A DNA stretch of 64,000 bases from Acidimicrobiales bacterium (GTDB lineage: Bacteria; Actinomycetota; Acidimicrobiia; Acidimicrobiales; RAAP-2), in assembly GCA_035502215.1 (NCBI GenBank), contig DATJUR010000122.1, forward strand, positions 2,952-66,951, given 5' to 3'. Position 1 is the first letter of the stretch. Every line of letters starts with the position of its first letter. Made by a program: the position numbers and the translations under genes. Shown here in pieces: positions 49,292 to 57,897 of the stretch. The notes beneath the pieces were generated by a model. The model was not told the DNA's origin. It was given only the letters and a program-made list of their open reading frames with translations, and made no database searches.

Positions 49292-51123
49292 GCCCAAGGA
49301 GGACTGTCAAGAGTCCTCTCACGTGGCTGGGGGGATTACTGGTCCTGTACCTCGGCTACCCGATCGCGGGCTTCGTGGTGCGACTGATCACGTCGCCCGA
49401 GCGCGGATTTCACGCACCCGGGCTCTTTTCGGCCTTGTGGGTCTCCGTCGCGGGAGCCACCATCGCGCTCGCGCTCGTGACGCTCTGTGGCGTGCCACTG
49501 GCCTACGTCCTTGCCCGCTCCAAGAGCCGTCTCGTCGCGATCGTGGGCGTACTCGTCCAGATTCCCTTGGCGCTGCCGCCTCTGATGAGCGGCATCCTGT
49601 TGGTCTACGTCATCGGTCCCTACACCTTTCTCGGTCGGCACTTCGGCGAACACCTCACCGACTCGATGGTTGGTGTGGTGATCGCGATGTCGTTTGTCTC
49701 GGCGCCCTTCTTGGTGGTGGCCGCTCGCGCCGCGTTCGCCGGTGTTGACCAAGGGACGCTGGACGTGGCGCGAACCCTGGGCTACTCAGACGTCTCGCGC
49801 TTCGTGCGCGTGGCGGTGCCCAGCGCTGGTCACGGCATTCGGGCGGGCATGCTGCTCACGTGGCTACGGGCCTTCGGCGAGTACGGAGCGGTCGTTATCC
49901 TCGCCTATAACCCTGCGTCGCTGCCGATCTACACCTATAACCAGTTCAGTGGCCGGGGACTACCGACGACCCTGGCCCCCACGGCCCTCGCTCTGGGCGT
50001 CGCAGTGGTGGTGGTGATGGTGAGCCGCGTGCGTGTTCGCGTGCCGTCGTCGCGCCCCGCGATCGTCTCGCGCCCTCACCGCCCGGCGCTAGTTGAGCCC
50101 CGGCCCGTGCGCTTTGACCTCGACCATCGCCTCGCCGAGTTCCACTTACGGGTGAGCTACGAGTCGGGCGTCAATCATCTCGGCGTGTTGGGACCTTCGG
50201 GCGCGGGCAAGTCCGCGCTGCTGCGGTGTCTCGCGGGTCTCTACGGATCCGGCCCGGGACCCGTGTGGTACGGCGAGCAACTCGTGAGCGACGTTCCTGT
50301 CGAGCGCCGCCAGGTGGGCTACGTTGCCCAAGGCTTTACCCTGTTTCCGTACCTCAACGTCTGGCGCCACCTGACCTTCGCTCGAGAGTCCAGTGCCGAG
50401 CTCGCCTCCTACTGGCTCGAGCACCTTCGACTCGATGGCCTGGAATCCCGGATGCCCTCGGAGCTCTCGGGGGGCCAACGCCAACGCGTGGGTCTCGCCC
50501 AGGTACTGTGCCGGTCGCCCCAGGTGCTCTTGCTCGACGAACCCTTCTCGGCGCTCGACGCACCGGTGCGAGGAGAACTTCGTCGCGAGTTGCGCCGCGT
50601 CCAACGAGAGACGGGCCTCGCCACGGTGCTGGTGACCCACGATCCCGAAGAGGCGGCCTTCCTGTCCGATGAGTTGTTGGTCATGGCCCGCGGGGAGCTC
50701 CTCCAGTACGGAACGAGCCGCTCGGTCTTCGCGCGACCAAACTCGCCCGAGGTCGCTCGACTCCTCGGCGTGGAGAACGTCCACACGGCGACGGTGGCGT
50801 CGTCCACCACGCTGGCTATCGGCGAGGCGCGTGTGGCCATAGCGCCCACCGCGCTCGCACCCGGCACTCACGTGCACTGGAGTGTGCGCCCGGAGTACGT
50901 GGAGGTGAACGCGTCGAGTTCGAACGCGCCAGGCGAGTTCGTGGGTCGAGTGATCGAGATCGCCGACACCGGTCTTGCCTACGAGCTCTTTGTCGAGTAC
51001 GCGAGCGGCGTGGAGATCCGAGCCCGCACCACCCGCGCGCCCGACGTGCTCCCCGGGCAACGCTGTCGGGTGTCGTTTTCTGCGGAGTCGGTGTCGCTAT
51101 GGCCAGTCACGCGAGCGACCTAG
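49288..51123 (+). CDS. Fused molybdate/tungstate ABC permease plus ATPase (ModB-ModC/WtpBC-like)
   Basis: PLALPPLMSG, RAFGEYGA, then GPSGAGKS, LSGGQ, LLLDEP, VTHD and TOBE in one frame. Confidence 0.9.
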   Translation: MSPRRTVKSPLTWLGGLLVLYLGYPIAGFVVRLITSPERGFHAPGLFSALWVSVAGATIALALVTLCGVPLAYVLARSKSRLVAIVGVLVQIPLALPPLMSGILLVYVIGPYTFLGRHFGEHLTDSMVGVVIAMSFVSAPFLVVAARAAFAGVDQGTLDVARTLGYSDVSRFVRVAVPSAGHGIRAGMLLTWLRAFGEYGAVVILAYNPASLPIYTYNQFSGRGLPTTLAPTALALGVAVVVVMVSRVRVRVPSSRPAIVSRPHRPALVEPRPVRFDLDHRLAEFHLRVSYESGVNHLGVLGPSGAGKSALLRCLAGLYGSGPGPVWYGEQLVSDVPVERRQVGYVAQGFTLFPYLNVWRHLTFARESSAELASYWLEHLRLDGLESRMPSELSGGQRQRVGLAQVLCRSPQVLLLDEPFSALDAPVRGELRRELRRVQRETGLATVLVTHDPEEAAFLSDELLVMARGELLQYGTSRSVFARPNSPEVARLLGVENVHTATVASSTTLAIGEARVAIAPTALAPGTHVHWSVRPEYVEVNASSSNAPGEFVGRVIEIADTGLAYELFVEYASGVEIRARTTRAPDVLPGQRCRVSFSAESVSLWPVTRAT

Positions 51124-51518
51124 AACGCGTCGGGGATCTCCACGCTCACGCTGGTGGCTTTGATCACCGCGTCCACGACCACCCCGGGGGCCAGCCCCAA
51201 CTCGTCGGCCGCTTCTCGGGTGATTACCGAGACCACGCGGTGGGGACCGGCTTGGATCTCGATCTGGGCGACCACCTTGTCCTTGAGCACTCTGGTCACG
51301 ATGCCCACAAAGCGGTTGCGCGTCGATTGAGCTCGTGGGCTCCTCGGTGATGGTGAGTGACCTTCCGCAACGGCCGCGTTGGCGAGGTCCACGCCCTCGA
51401 AGTAGCGCTTGCCGTCCTCGCCGAGCGACGACTTAATTCGCCCGGCGTCCGCCCAGCGCCGAATTGTGTCGGCGCTGACGCCCAAAAGCTCCGCCGCTTG
51501 GGTGGCGCGATATTTCAC
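51120..51518 (-). CDS. MerR-like HTH plus TOBE molybdate-responsive regulator
   Basis: AAELLGVSADTIRRWAD, STRNRFVG, VIKATSV; RBS GAGGGG before GTG 51518. Confidence 0.9.
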   Translation of the reverse strand: MKYRATQAAELLGVSADTIRRWADAGRIKSSLGEDGKRYFEGVDLANAAVAEGHSPSPRSPRAQSTRNRFVGIVTRVLKDKVVAQIEIQAGPHRVVSVITREAADELGLAPGVVVDAVIKATSVSVEIPDAF

Positions 51519-51565
51519 CGCGGCCCCTCGCACCCATGCGTCGGTGAGGTCCAAGGGTCCATGGG

Positions 51566-52558
51566 CTAGCCGCCGATCATGGACATCGAGCGTGCGGGTC
51601 GAAGGAAGTCCGGCTCGTTGATGGCGTGTCCGGGAAACTTCTCCCAAACGGCCTGGCGCAATAACGTGGCGATCTGGGCGTCGGGTGCACCTCTGCGCAT
51701 TAGTTCGCGCACCGAGAGTTCGTCATCGGAGAACAGGCAGTTGCGCAGCGCGCCGTCCGAGGTGAGTCGCAGGCGATTGCAGGTACCGCAGAATGGCTGG
51801 GTGACCGAAGAGATGAGGCCGATTTCGCCGCGCCCGTCGGCGAAACGGAACCGCTCGGCCGGTGCCGGTCCGCCGGGTCCCACGGCCTCGAGGGGCCAGA
51901 CGCGCGACACCCGTTCGAAGACCTCGCGGCCCGAAACGAGCTGGGTCTTGTCCCACTGGCCCTGGGCATCCAGGGGCATGAACTCGATGAAGCGCACCAC
52001 GCGGCCCGTGTCGCGCGCGAACGCCGCGAAGTCGAGGATCTCGTCGTCGTTGATCCCGCGCAAGATGACCACGTTCACCTTTAGGGGGGCGAGCCCCGCC
52101 GATTCGGCCGCGTCCATCGAGGCCAGCACCGTCGTTAAGTCGCCTCGACGGCGAATCGCGTCGAAACGATCGGCTCGCAGCGAGTCGCAACTGATATTGA
52201 CGCGGCGCAGTCCCGCACTCGCCAGGCTCGCCGCGAGCGGGGCTAAGAGCATTCCGTTGGTCGTGAGAGACAGGTCGTCAAAGCCGATCGACGAGAGCCG
52301 CGCGACAAGTGAGACGAGGCCCTTTCGCACGAGCGGCTCGCCCCCGGTCAGTCGAAGGGCGGTGACTCCCAGCGACGCCGCGACCGCGGCGACTCGAACG
52401 ATCTCGTCGAAGCTGAGCAGGGCGCTGCGGGGGAGGAAGGTCATACCCACCTCGGGCATGCAGTAGACGCAGCGAAGGTTGCACCGGTCAGTCACCGAGA
52501 CTCGAAGGTCGTCGTGCACGCGACCGTACCGGTCAACGAGCGGTCCCGTGGTTGGCAT
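51566..52558 (-). CDS. moaA: GTP 3',8-cyclase
   Basis: CNLRCVYC, RLTGGEP, FIEFMP, FCGTCNRLR...NCLF, C-terminal MSMIGG. Confidence 0.96.
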   Translation of the reverse strand: MPTTGPLVDRYGRVHDDLRVSVTDRCNLRCVYCMPEVGMTFLPRSALLSFDEIVRVAAVAASLGVTALRLTGGEPLVRKGLVSLVARLSSIGFDDLSLTTNGMLLAPLAASLASAGLRRVNISCDSLRADRFDAIRRRGDLTTVLASMDAAESAGLAPLKVNVVILRGINDDEILDFAAFARDTGRVVRFIEFMPLDAQGQWDKTQLVSGREVFERVSRVWPLEAVGPGGPAPAERFRFADGRGEIGLISSVTQPFCGTCNRLRLTSDGALRNCLFSDDELSVRELMRRGAPDAQIATLLRQAVWEKFPGHAINEPDFLRPARSMSMIGG

Positions 52559-52719
52559 GCTCGCCGACGAGACCCCGCCCCGGTCGCCCTCCACAGCCCG
52601 AGGGTGCGGGCGTAGCGACACCGAAACGGGTACGTGGGGCGTTGGGGTTATCGCGCCGCCCTCCTCGCGATGACGGTGGGAACTACTGGCGTGTTCCACG
52701 GTGGCCACTGGCGTCCATG

Positions 52720-53247
52720 CTAACGGCGGTCCTTTTCCTCGCCGCGAGGGCGACGTCGTCGACGTCGCGTCGGGGTCTCGACGAGTCGTCCCCAACTGCC
52801 TGACTTTCCACCCTCTTTCTTTAAGAGGGTCAGATCGTCCATGCGCGCCGTCGGATCTATCACGCGCAAAGAGTGGACGATGCTCAAAGCAGCGAATGCG
52901 CACGCGGTGAGCGCCTCCATCTCCACGCCGGTCGATTCGGTGGCGATCACGCTCGCCAGGACTTCGACACCACCTTCGCGTTCCGCGAGTTCGACGTTGA
53001 TGTCACTGAGCTGAAGCGGGTGACACAAAGGAATGATCTCGGGCGTGCGCTTGGCGGCCAGGACGCCCGCCACCCGTGCGCTGTGTTCGACCTCGAGGCC
53101 GTCGTGGCGCCGCTCAATCAGGGCCAACTTGACGTTCGTCACGACCACGCACCGCGCCCAGGCCTTGCGAAGCGTGCGCCGCTTGCTCGAGACGTCGACC
53201 ATGCGGAGTTTGCCGGCCCCGTCGACGTGGCTGAATGGGCTATCCAC
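52720..53247 (-). CDS. moaC: Cyclic pyranopterin monophosphate synthase-like protein (divergent active site)
   Basis: MVDVSSK, AAKRT, IPLCHP, TGVEMEALT, GGKSG; lacks KGD and YDMxK; start 53247 or 53310. Confidence 0.85.
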   Translation of the reverse strand: MDSPFSHVDGAGKLRMVDVSSKRRTLRKAWARCVVVTNVKLALIERRHDGLEVEHSARVAGVLAAKRTPEIIPLCHPLQLSDINVELAEREGGVEVLASVIATESTGVEMEALTACAFAALSIVHSLRVIDPTARMDDLTLLKKEGGKSGSWGRLVETPTRRRRRRPRGEEKDRR

Positions 53248-53351
53248 CCGCGCTCCGCGGGATCCAGCCTCGACTCCCCATCTCGACTCCTTGCGCCGAC
53301 CTTCTTCCATGAAACCTAGTGAACATCCGACGCGCTTCGGCGCGCACGAAC

Positions 53352-54005
53352 CTAGGGGGAGTCGATGGCACCCGAACTGTCGCGGTACTCCTCAAGCCAC
53401 TTCGGCGCGTGGGCCTTGGCCCACTGCTCGCTCACCCATCCCTTGAAGATGGAGCGCAACGCGTCGCGGTGGGTGAGCGCCATCACGATGTGGCCAATGA
53501 CCACGGCGAAGATGGCGAAGGCGAACGCGTCGTGGACGAACGTCGCGCCCTGGCGCAGCGAGACCGAGAAGAATCGGAACCACTGCAGCATCGAGCCCGT
53601 GACGAGCATCACCACGATCGCGGCCGCAATGAAGATGGCGTTGAGCTTTTGACCTGGATTGAACTTGTCCGCCTCTAGGGGCGTACGCCCCAGCGAGAAA
53701 AGCCACCGGATCTCCTGGTGGGTCCAGGCGTTGATGCGCTTCACGTCGCGTCGCATCGCTCGACCCCACGGTCCGAGCATCGAGACGATGATGGGGATCG
53801 GCAGGGCGAGTCCGCACCAGAGGTGGATCATCTCGATGACGTGGCGGGGAAAAACGACGCCGAAGAACGAACCGAAGTAGAGCGGAATGGCGGTGAACAT
53901 CAGTGTGCCAAAGAGCGCAGAGTTGACCCAGTGGGCGGTGCGCTGCACGCGATCAAAGCGCAGCACGCGAGCGATGCGAGAGGTCGGCGCGTGGGTGAGC
54001 GTCAT
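53352..54005 (-). CDS. Di-haem cytochrome b membrane subunit (FdnI/Ni-hydrogenase cyt b-like)
   Basis: Four TMs with His in AHW, IHLW, VHD, GHI; KFNPGQK motif. Confidence 0.88.
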   Translation of the reverse strand: MTLTHAPTSRIARVLRFDRVQRTAHWVNSALFGTLMFTAIPLYFGSFFGVVFPRHVIEMIHLWCGLALPIPIIVSMLGPWGRAMRRDVKRINAWTHQEIRWLFSLGRTPLEADKFNPGQKLNAIFIAAAIVVMLVTGSMLQWFRFFSVSLRQGATFVHDAFAFAIFAVVIGHIVMALTHRDALRSIFKGWVSEQWAKAHAPKWLEEYRDSSGAIDSP

Positions 54006-54009
54006 GGGT

Positions 54010-54714
54010 TCACGTGAGGTTCGGGTCAGGGTTGGTCGGGCCCGTCGTTCCGTCTAACCAGCCGTTGACGGGATAGCCGTTTAGTTCCCAGAAGCCTGGT
54101 TGCACTTGGTCCACCACCCGAATGGCCGAGAGCCACTTGAGTGACTTGTAGCCGAACATCGGGGCCACGTAGAGCCGCACCGGCCCGCCGTGCTCGGTCG
54201 TGACGGGCTCGCCGAGCATTGTGTACGCCACGATCACGTCGGGCAGGCGAGCTTGGTCGATGGTGAGGCTCTCGGTGTCGGCGCGGTCGTAGGACTCGAA
54301 GGTCAGTGCGACCGCCCCCGGGCGAAGGCCCACGACGTCCAAGATGTCCGAGAGAAGAACACCTTCCCAGTGCACGTCGGGGACGCGCCAACCCGTCACG
54401 CACTGGAAGGTCTTCGTGAACGAGGTTGACGGCATCGACTTCAGGTCATCCAGCGTGAATGTCTTGGGGCGCTGAACTAATCCGCTGACCTGCAGTCGAT
54501 AGTCCTCGTCTCTGATCTTGGGGTACCGACCGGTGATCGAGTAGATCCGGAAGCGATCCCCAAAGGGCAACACGCCGCCCAGACCCGAGCCCACGGCGTT
54601 GCCCAGAAAGTTCTGGATGCTGGCGCCGAAGGCGACGCCGAGCGCCGCCAGACCCGTGACACCGAGAAAGACTCGACGTCCAACGGCGACCTGCTTAGGT
54701 TTTGACGTCGTCAC
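54010..54714 (-). CDS. Exported sulfite-oxidase-fold molybdoenzyme (MsrP/YedY-like)
   Basis: Twin-arginine-like GRRVFLG plus hydrophobic stretch; FQCVTGW (Mo-Cys), HGGPVRL, GYKSLKWL, GFWE; start approximate. Confidence 0.88.
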   Translation of the reverse strand: MTTSKPKQVAVGRRVFLGVTGLAALGVAFGASIQNFLGNAVGSGLGGVLPFGDRFRIYSITGRYPKIRDEDYRLQVSGLVQRPKTFTLDDLKSMPSTSFTKTFQCVTGWRVPDVHWEGVLLSDILDVVGLRPGAVALTFESYDRADTESLTIDQARLPDVIVAYTMLGEPVTTEHGGPVRLYVAPMFGYKSLKWLSAIRVVDQVQPGFWELNGYPVNGWLDGTTGPTNPDPNLT

Positions 54715-54819
54715 GGGAACGACGATCCTTGGACGAGGGAGCGTGGGGCGCCCAGGCACGAGTCAAATGCGGTAACGCCGTTAGTGGCCATGGCTTCTCG
54801 CGATTCCTTCGCCGTGTAC

Positions 54820-55161
54820 TTACGCGCTCAACTTCCCTGCGGTAATGGTCGTGCCCTTCAGCGTACCGGTCACTGTCACCAAGGCGCCGACCTTGATGTC
54901 CTTCGCGGTGCCCATTACCCAGTGGGTCATCGAGTCGTAGTGCACCACGTAGGCCTTCATGTCGACGGTCATCGTGAACGCCTCGGTCGTGCCCATCTTG
55001 GCGTCGAGCTTGGTGATCTTGCCGTGCCAGGTTTTGGTGGCTGTCGTGGCGTGGCTCGTGGTGGCCGCAGTGGCCGAAGAGGCGAGAATCCCGAGTCCCA
55101 GCCCGGTTGTTCCCAGAGCGAGGGCGGTTGAAACGGCGAGTTTGGCGATTGGCCTCTTCAT
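54820..55161 (-). CDS. Small exported beta-barrel (OB-fold/DUF5666-like) protein containing Met/His
   Basis: RBS GAGGA, Sec signal ending ATA, pattern GKIT...DIKVGALVTVTG. Confidence 0.75.
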   Translation of the reverse strand: MKRPIAKLAVSTALALGTTGLGLGILASSATAATTSHATTATKTWHGKITKLDAKMGTTEAFTMTVDMKAYVVHYDSMTHWVMGTAKDIKVGALVTVTGTLKGTTITAGKLSA

Positions 55162-55390
55162 GTGATTCCTCTCTGTGCCTCGCCGTGGGGCGAGGGATGG
55201 TCACGTCGGACGATCTCGTCCTGCCCTTCAGTCCTCCCACGGGCAATACCGTTACACCCCATTTCCATGCTTTTCAGACGCCGAGTCGATCGGCGAGAGG
55301 CCTGAACATTGGGTTTTGGCAGATTCGGACCTCCGCTGGCCGAGATACGGCACGCCGCGACGAAGCCGTGACGACCTTAAGGCTCCGGCC

Positions 55391-55672
55391 TTACGGCGCC
55401 GACTGCTCGTCGGGCAGGTCCATCTGCAGCACTGACATGCCCCGCAGGTCGAGCCATACCCGATTTCGGTTTTGCATCACCCGAAGGACGACGGCGTCGC
55501 ACGACGAGCACCGCAAGATGACGCCGGGAGAGTTGACATAGGCGTCGAGTTCGCCCAGGGGGCGAACCGCGCTGCAGTTCGCGCACCTCGTGGCGGCGAG
55601 GGTCATCTCGGGAAAGAAGATCGAGGCCAGAATGCCTGCGGCGACGTTTCCATCCAGGGGCGCGGTGTCCAT
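55391..55672 (-). CDS. DUF6510-like CxxC...CxxC protein
   Basis: LDGNVAAG, RCANC, PGVILRCSSC, WLDLRG; RBS GGAGG before ATG 55672. Confidence 0.82.
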   Translation of the reverse strand: MDTAPLDGNVAAGILASIFFPEMTLAATRCANCSAVRPLGELDAYVNSPGVILRCSSCDAVVLRVMQNRNRVWLDLRGMSVLQMDLPDEQSAP

Positions 55673-55673
55673 C

Positions 55674-56396
55674 TCAACCTCCATTCGTTGGACCGAAACG
55701 TTCGGTCTTCACGTTCCTCGGTGTGACGCCCAGCGCCACGAGTAGGTCAACCACGGCCTCGACGAACGGGGTCGGACCGCAGACGAAGCAGAGCAGATCG
55801 CCAGCCACGGGGCGCGTCAGCTCACTCAACAGCTCGTGGTCGACTCGACCGCGCCGTCCGGACCAAGCTGAAGACGACTCCCTGGTCAAGGTAATGACGA
55901 CGTCTCGCTGGTCATTCGTCAGGCTGGGGAGCTCCTCGCGATAGAGCAGGTCCTGCTCTGTTCGCGCCGAATAGACGAGTCGCATGCGCGTGGGCGCGTT
56001 GAGCTCGGCGTGGTAACGAAACATCGACATGAGCGGCACGACGCCGGAGCCGCCGCCGAGAAGCAGTACAGGGCGCGTCTCGCTCATCTCCCACACGAAG
56101 TATCCGCCGATGGGTCCACGAATCTCGAACTGATCGCCGACCGACAGACCGGTGAGATAGGGCGACACCTCTCCGTCGTCGAGTCGCACGATGGAAAGTT
56201 CCACCCCCACTGAGCCGGGCGAGGAGGCGATGGAGTAGCTGCGTTCGGCCGAGTAGCCGTCCTCAGCGGTCAGGCGAACGTCAAGGTGCTGGCCCGCGCG
56301 ATGACCGCTCCACCCGGGGACATCCAGCCACAAACTCACCGCGTCGGGCGATTCCGTGATGGTCTTGGTCACACTCGAAACGAGCCAGTTCAGCAC
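55674..56396 (-). CDS. Ferredoxin-NADP reductase-like FAD/NAD(P)H oxidoreductase (no Fe-S domain)
   Basis: GQHLDVR, RSYSIAS, GEVS, GPIG, GGSGVVP, YSAR, CGP, TERF. Confidence 0.92.
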   Translation of the reverse strand: MLNWLVSSVTKTITESPDAVSLWLDVPGWSGHRAGQHLDVRLTAEDGYSAERSYSIASSPGSVGVELSIVRLDDGEVSPYLTGLSVGDQFEIRGPIGGYFVWEMSETRPVLLLGGGSGVVPLMSMFRYHAELNAPTRMRLVYSARTEQDLLYREELPSLTNDQRDVVITLTRESSSAWSGRRGRVDHELLSELTRPVAGDLLCFVCGPTPFVEAVVDLLVALGVTPRNVKTERFGPTNGG

Positions 56397-56399
56397 CGT

Positions 56400-57005
56400 T
56401 CAGTCTCCCTGATAGCGCTGTTCGCGCCAGGGGTCGCCGTAGTTGTTATAACCGAGCGACTCCCAAAAGCCCGGCTGGTCGTGATCGAGCAGTCTGAGAC
56501 CTCGTACCCACTTGGCGCTCTTCCAAAAGTACAGGTGGGGGACCAGAAGTCGCGCCGGGCCGCCGTGTTCGGGCGCGAGTTCCTTGCCCTCAAACTGGAA
56601 GGCAATCCAGGCCTTGCCGTCGCGCAAGTCGGCCAGGGGAAGGTTCGTGGTGTAGTCGGGGTCGGCGAAGGCGAGGGCGTACCCGGCTTCGGTCGTGACT
56701 CCCGAGAGGAGAACGTCGAGCGACACGCCGGTCCACGTTGTTCCCAACTTTGTCCACTTGGTCACGCAGCTGATGTCGACGGTGGTGTCCTCGTGGGGTA
56801 GGGCTCGAAACTCGTCCCAGGTCCAGTGCGCCAACTGCGCGCCCGACTGATCGAGGATGCTGAAGTCCCAAGTGTCTAGGGGAACTCGAGGAGTTCGACC
56901 CGCCGTTAACACTGGAAAGTCGTCGGTGACGTACTGCCCAGGCGGAATGAGTCCCGCACCGCTCTGGCGCGGACGCCCCTTGAAGCCGTGGCTGATGAAT
57001 GACAT
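56400..57005 (-). CDS. Cytoplasmic sulfite oxidase-like molybdoenzyme (YuiH-like)
   Basis: PPGQY, FPVL, ISCVTKW, HGGPARL, YFWKSAKW, GFWE..GY; no signal peptide; RBS AGGAG. Confidence 0.92.
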   Translation of the reverse strand: MSFISHGFKGRPRQSGAGLIPPGQYVTDDFPVLTAGRTPRVPLDTWDFSILDQSGAQLAHWTWDEFRALPHEDTTVDISCVTKWTKLGTTWTGVSLDVLLSGVTTEAGYALAFADPDYTTNLPLADLRDGKAWIAFQFEGKELAPEHGGPARLLVPHLYFWKSAKWVRGLRLLDHDQPGFWESLGYNNYGDPWREQRYQGD

Positions 57006-57132
57006 CCGCTCTCCTTTAGCCCGCAGTACCTCACAGTTCTATCTCGACGCCGACTCAGGCGCCATACTCGTGCGAGCCAGAATCGCAATTGGTGTTTCTG
57101 GCCGCCCGGTACGCGCGAGACCAAGGAGATGC

Positions 57133-57873
57133 TTAGGGCGTCGAGTCGCCCCTCGTGTCAGAGACGACTGAACCATCACGCAGTCGGATCCGTCTCTGGG
57201 TTCGCGACGCGATGTCCTCGTCGTGGGTGGCGATGATGATCGTGACGCCAGATTGCTCGTGTAGGTCGCCGAGCAGCGCCAAGAACTCTTTGGCGTTGGT
57301 CGAGTCGAGGTTGCCGGTGGGCTCGTCAGCGATGATCACTTCGGGAGCGTTGGCGAGGGCGCGCGCGATGGCCACGCGCTGTTGCTCACCGCCCGAGAGT
57401 CGCGAGGGAAGATGAGAGTACCGCTGGGCCAGTCCGACCCGGGTCAGGAGCTCTTGGGCCCTGGCGGTTCGCTTCTCGTGCGACGCTTCTCGAGGCACCA
57501 TGGCGATCGCGACGTTCTCCTCGGCGCTGAGGGTGGGGATCAGGTTGAACTGTTGAAAGACGAAACCAATCTCGGCCGAGCGGATGTCGGTGAGGACTTT
57601 ATCCGACTCATTTTCCAGCGAACGTCCGGCGAAGAAAATCTGTCCGGTCGAGGGCGTATCGAGCGCACCGAGAAGCTGGAGCAAGGTCGTTTTCCCCGAA
57701 CCGCTCGGACCTTCGAGCGACAACATCTCGCCGCGATCGATGATCAGATCGATGCCGCGCAGGGCACTCACCTCGACGCTGCCCTTGGAATACGTTCGCG
57801 TCACACCGCGCAGTTCATAGAGGCGTGACCCTCCGGGGCTGATGTCATGTTCACTCGTCAGTACCTCGGTCAT
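57133..57873 (-). CDS. ABC transporter ATP-binding protein (MacB/LolD family)
   Basis: GPSGSGKT, GFVFQQFNL, LSGGEQQRVAIARAL, ADEPTGNLD. Confidence 0.95.
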   Translation of the reverse strand: MTEVLTSEHDISPGGSRLYELRGVTRTYSKGSVEVSALRGIDLIIDRGEMLSLEGPSGSGKTTLLQLLGALDTPSTGQIFFAGRSLENESDKVLTDIRSAEIGFVFQQFNLIPTLSAEENVAIAMVPREASHEKRTARAQELLTRVGLAQRYSHLPSRLSGGEQQRVAIARALANAPEVIIADEPTGNLDSTNAKEFLALLGDLHEQSGVTIIIATHDEDIASRTQRRIRLRDGSVVSDTRGDSTP

Positions 57874-57897
57874 AGCGGAGTCCTTTCCTTGTACGAA

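Noticed and set aside
52559-52719. Moco riboswitch upstream of moaA (also checked 48206-48394 and 46017-46263)
   Set aside because: Could not recognise the conserved Moco RNA elements by eye; an Rfam scan would be needed
52559-52903. 115-aa N-terminal extension of MoaA, or a moaC-moaA fusion/frameshift
   Set aside because: Extension overlaps moaC in another frame and has no recognisable domain; MoaA homology starts at ATG 52558
55170-55270. ECF sigma promoter (GTAAC or CCATCC elements) upstream of the Met/His protein
   Set aside because: Spacing to a plausible -10 element does not fit the consensus I remember
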